64,000 nt of DNA. Source: Eledone cirrhosa (taxonomy: Eukaryota). Shown here in pieces: positions 60,208 through 64,000 of the stretch. The translations under genes and the position numbers were made by a program. Every line of letters starts with the position of its first letter. Position 1 is the stretch's first letter. The stretch lies in NCBI GenBank assembly GCA_964016885.1, contig OZ024740.1:386260001-386324000 (forward strand). Direction: 5' to 3'. A model generated the notes under the pieces. The model made no database searches, had not been told where the DNA came from, and saw only the letters and a list, made by a program, of their open reading frames with translations.

Positions 60208-63200
60208 CATCATCATCATAACCGCTTTACGTCCGTTCTTCCACGCTAGCATGGGTTAGACGGGTTGTCCTGTTGTGGGCAGTGTCCGGTCGGCTGACCT
60301 TGTCTTGCTCATACAGGAACTGATTCTGGCTTGATTTCTACAGCTGGATGCCCTTCCTAACACCAACCTCATTTACAGTGAGTGCTGGGTGTTTTTTTCC
60401 ATGGCGCCTACATGTTCACTTTACAGTGTGGGCTGGATGCTTTTTTGCCATGGCACCTCCACGACCACTTTGCAGTGGGAGGGTATGGGGGCATATTGTC
60501 TATATGCTTCAGCTTGTACCCATGGGAGGTCGGGTACTCTGTATTACTGCGTGACGCCAGAGGTCACGGTCGTGTGTCATCGCCCTTGAGAGGCGTAATT
60601 GGGTAAGGTCGGCTTTTATCACCTCATCCCAGGTCTTCTTGGGTCTCCCCCACTCCGCGTTTCCAATGACTAGTGCTCTGCACCTTTTTATGCAGCTGTC
60701 ATCCTTCATACGCATCACATGTCCATACCAACACAACCGCCTCTCCTGCACACACCATTTGATTCCTCTTATGCTCAGTCTCTCTCAATTCATTTATGCT
60801 TTGCCGTTCGCTTATATTATTATTACACATCCATCGGAGCATGCAGGCTTTGTTTCTTTCTAATCTACCTAAGTCTTTCTAATCTATGTAAGTCTTCCAC
60901 CTTCAGTGGCCAGGTCTCACTACCATGTAACATTGCTGTTTGTATACACGCATCATACAGTCTGCATTGCATTTTGAGGGAAAAGCCTTTTGCAGCTAAC
61001 AGTGGCAGTAGTTCCCTGAACTTCTTCTATCCTGTTCTTACCATATTATTGTACTTTCTGAACACCCACCTCCACTGTTAATTCAGTCACCTAGGTAGCA
61101 GAAGCTGTCTACTGTTTCTACAGAGCCCTCCCAGAGTTTGGTGGTACTTGTTTCCTGTGGCTGTTTGCTGTCCCAGCACAGCTGTTCCATGTGAAGCCTA
61201 CATTCTTAGTTAAGCTTCCGAAGATCCCACTACATCTCTTGCGTACCCATTATTTGCATTTGGGGCAGAGAATGGAGTTCCTACCTACACCTTTCCTACA
61301 TACTGAGCTAGGCCATTTCCCTGAGGGGATCTGGGTTCTGTTTTCTAGTCTTACAAGGACCTTAGTCTTTGTCAGGTTGACTTTGAGACCCTTTCTTTCT
61401 AGTCCCTGCTTCCAAGTTTGGAATTTCTTCTCTAGTTCTACCATAGATTCAGCTATAAGTGCGAGGTCATCTGCATACAGGAGTTCCCATGGGCATCCGG
61501 TCTTAAACTCCTCCGTTATTGCCTGCAGGACTATGATGAACAGGAGAGGGCTAAGAACAGAGCCCTGGTGGACACCAACCTGTACGCTAAATTCCTCGCT
61601 ATACTCATTGCTAATCCTAACTTTGCTGACTGCTCCCCTATACATGGCTTGTACAGCTTTCACAAGCCATTCATCTACTAGTTTTCTAAAAGCCCACCAT
61701 ATTATAGCACGTGGAACTCTGTCAAAAGCTTTCTCGAGATCGACGAATGCCAGGTAGAGTGGCTTACTTTTAGCTAGGTACTTTTCCTGTAACTGCCTGA
61801 CAAGGAAGAGGGCATCAGTGGTGCCTCTTCCTGGTACAAACCCAAATTGCATCTCATCTAGTTTCACCCGGTCCCTAATCAACTGTGCTATAACTCTTTC
61901 TGTTACTTTCATGACCTGATCCATCAGCTTTATACCTCTATCTAGTGCATCACCTTTACCTTTGTAGCAGTTGACAATGATGCTACTGCACCAATCTTTT
62001 GGTATGACACCTTCTAGTATTACCTGGTTAACAATACGTGTGGTTATAGTGTGACCTACAGACCCAGATGCCTTCAGCATCTCGGCAGCTATATCCGATG
62101 GACCGGTTGCTTTCCCCATCTTCATATCTTTGATTGCCTTACTTACTACGCTGCTGCTGACTTGTACTGCTGGCCCCTCTATAGGGTCTACTTGGGGTAG
62201 AGTCTCTTCTTCCAATGCATTCTCCTCATTTAGTAATCTATCATAATGGCTCTTCCATGCATCTTTCTTCTCAGCACTTGTGAGGGCAATCTCACCTTTA
62301 TCATTCCGGATACACTTCTCTCCAATGACATCACAATTCTCTCTGACACACTGCCTCGCAATCTTGAACACCTGTTTCTGGTCCTCACATTGCAAAACAT
62401 GCTTGAATTTTCTATCCTCTGCTTCCTTCCTAGCTAAGTATACTTGTCGTCTAGCTTCCCTCTTGGTCTCTCTGTAATGTACCCTGCTTCCTCCGTTCTT
62501 CCATTCTTTCCATGCCTGTCTCTTGGCCTTGACTGCTTCATCTACCTTATTGTTCCGCCACCAAGTCACTCTCCTCCTGCTTGAGGTCTTACTCCAGCCA
62601 CAGATCTCATCCGCCGCCTCTAGTAAGTTATTTTTTAGGAACTCCCAGTGCTCTTCTACATTGAATGTCTCTATCTGTTCTTTGTCGTAGGCATTGAGTA
62701 AAATATCTTTAAATCTGTTACTGGCTGAGGGGTCTTTCAGCTTCCAGATCTTTCTTCTCCAGGTTGGCCCCTGTTTCCAGGTTCGTCTAGTTCTGACCGT
62801 GAGGTCGCTGACAACTAAGCTATGTTGGGAGGTACATTCCTCACTAGGAAAGGCTTTTGTGTTTACGACCGTCCATCTGTCACGTCCCCTGGTGAGGATA
62901 AAATCTATCTGACTAGAATGCTCCCCTGATCTATAGGTGATCAGGTGGTTGTCGGGTTTTTTTAAGTTTGTGTTACATATCGACATGTCATTGGCGTCGC
63001 AGAATTCTAGAAGTCTGAATCCTTCTTCATTTCTTGTGCTAACCCCATGGCCTCCATGGACTCTATTGAAGCCATCAGTGTTTACCTACGTGTCCATTAA
63101 AATTTCCTGCAATGATTAGGAAGTCATTGTCGTTTGTTAGAGCAGTAGTGTGCATTAGGGACTCGTAAAACCTATCCTTAAGTTCGTCTGGCAACCCCGA

Positions 63201-63903
63201 TTGGGGTGCGTAAGCTGATATTATTGTGGTAATTGTTTTATTTAGGACTAGTCTGAGTTTAATGATTCTTGCATTTACCCTGTTCACTGAGATTACTTTA
63301 TCTACCCACTTATCAGCTAGTAGAATACCTACAACCCCCATCCCATCGTCATTTCCCACCCAGAAAAATTTGTAGCACTGACTTTTTCCTACAAGGACTC
63401 TAGCAGACTCCTCTCCATCTGGTCTCTTGCACACAGCATACATCAATTTCCTTTCGCTCTAGCATCTCTGCGATTTCTCCTGCTCTTCCTTTCATTGTGC
63501 TTACATTGATGGTACCAACTCGGAGTTTTGGGCATTTGTCAACATTTGTGGGTAAGGGTCGATTTTTGCAGGGGTGTGCGTGTGCTTCCTGTCTCAGAAT
63601 TGAAGCTTCACATGGGTGCTTGGTAGCTCGCGGATTCATATTCATTTTCATTTATTAATTCAAGGTTGCTCCATTTATTCTCAGCTCATCCATACATAAT
63701 GATAGGAAAATTCAGGGCTATAAGAACAGTGGTGGTGGTAATAATGGCAGGGTGTGTTGGGCTGGGACGGGGGAGGAGAGAGGTAGGTAGTAGTAGAGAT
63801 GGAAGGGTTTGTTGGGGTTGGTAGTGGGTGAGGGGGGGGGGGGGATGCTGAGGTTTGATTGGTCAAATAGGCTATGGTGGTGGGAGGGAAATTGTGAGGT
63901 AGG
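60208..63903 (-). mobile_element. RTE-clade LINE copy 2 (decayed; the 5' end may continue beyond the window)
   Basis: Colinear with copy 1 from the (TGA)n tail to gagggaaattgtg.ggtagg (~63903), then unrelated sequence. Confidence 0.95.
60509..63651 (-). pseudogene. Disrupted APE-RT ORF of LINE copy 2
   Basis: ORF fragments 63400-63651, 63075-63446, 61250-62986 and 60509-60751 align to the copy-1 protein, with frameshifts and a premature stop in the finger. Confidence 0.95.
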
Positions 63904-64000
63904 TAGCCAAATCATGGCCTGTAGCATCTCATGGCAAAATAGACGGATAGGAGTAGATGACTTTGAAGAGAAAGCGAACTGATAAATAAAACAACACTAT

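Overview
AT-rich, repeat-dense eukaryotic DNA with many (TA)n and (ATC)n microsatellites. The SINE and RTE-LINE families resemble those I associate with octopus/coleoid cephalopod genomes; this is an inference and was not searched. The window is mostly non-coding. I find three small, phase-compatible minus-strand exons of an unidentified host gene (20913-20945, 19441-19604, 13560-13625). Main features: (1) an apparently full-length RTE-clade LINE with an intact 1039-aa APE-RT ORF carrying a PHD-like Cys/His finger inside the RT region, with a tandem-monomer 5' end, inserted into a TTAA MITE; (2) a second, decayed RTE copy with a different 5' end; (3) a tRNA-headed SINE family that borrows the RTE 3' UTR, including one copy carrying the complete LINE terminus; (4) a second tRNA-headed SINE family with clear TSDs; (5) a 2.5-kb Tigger/pogo element with TIRs; (6) piggyBac, pogo, Tc1/mariner and CR1-like relics, a non-autonomous Helitron and several TTAA MITE families; (7) a ~1.6-kb region (39.3-40.9 kb) containing an inverted SINE pair next to a ~794-bp near-perfect palindrome, possibly Penelope-derived. 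No rRNA, true tRNA or CRISPR array was seen. Coordinates were read by eye and may be off by a few bases.
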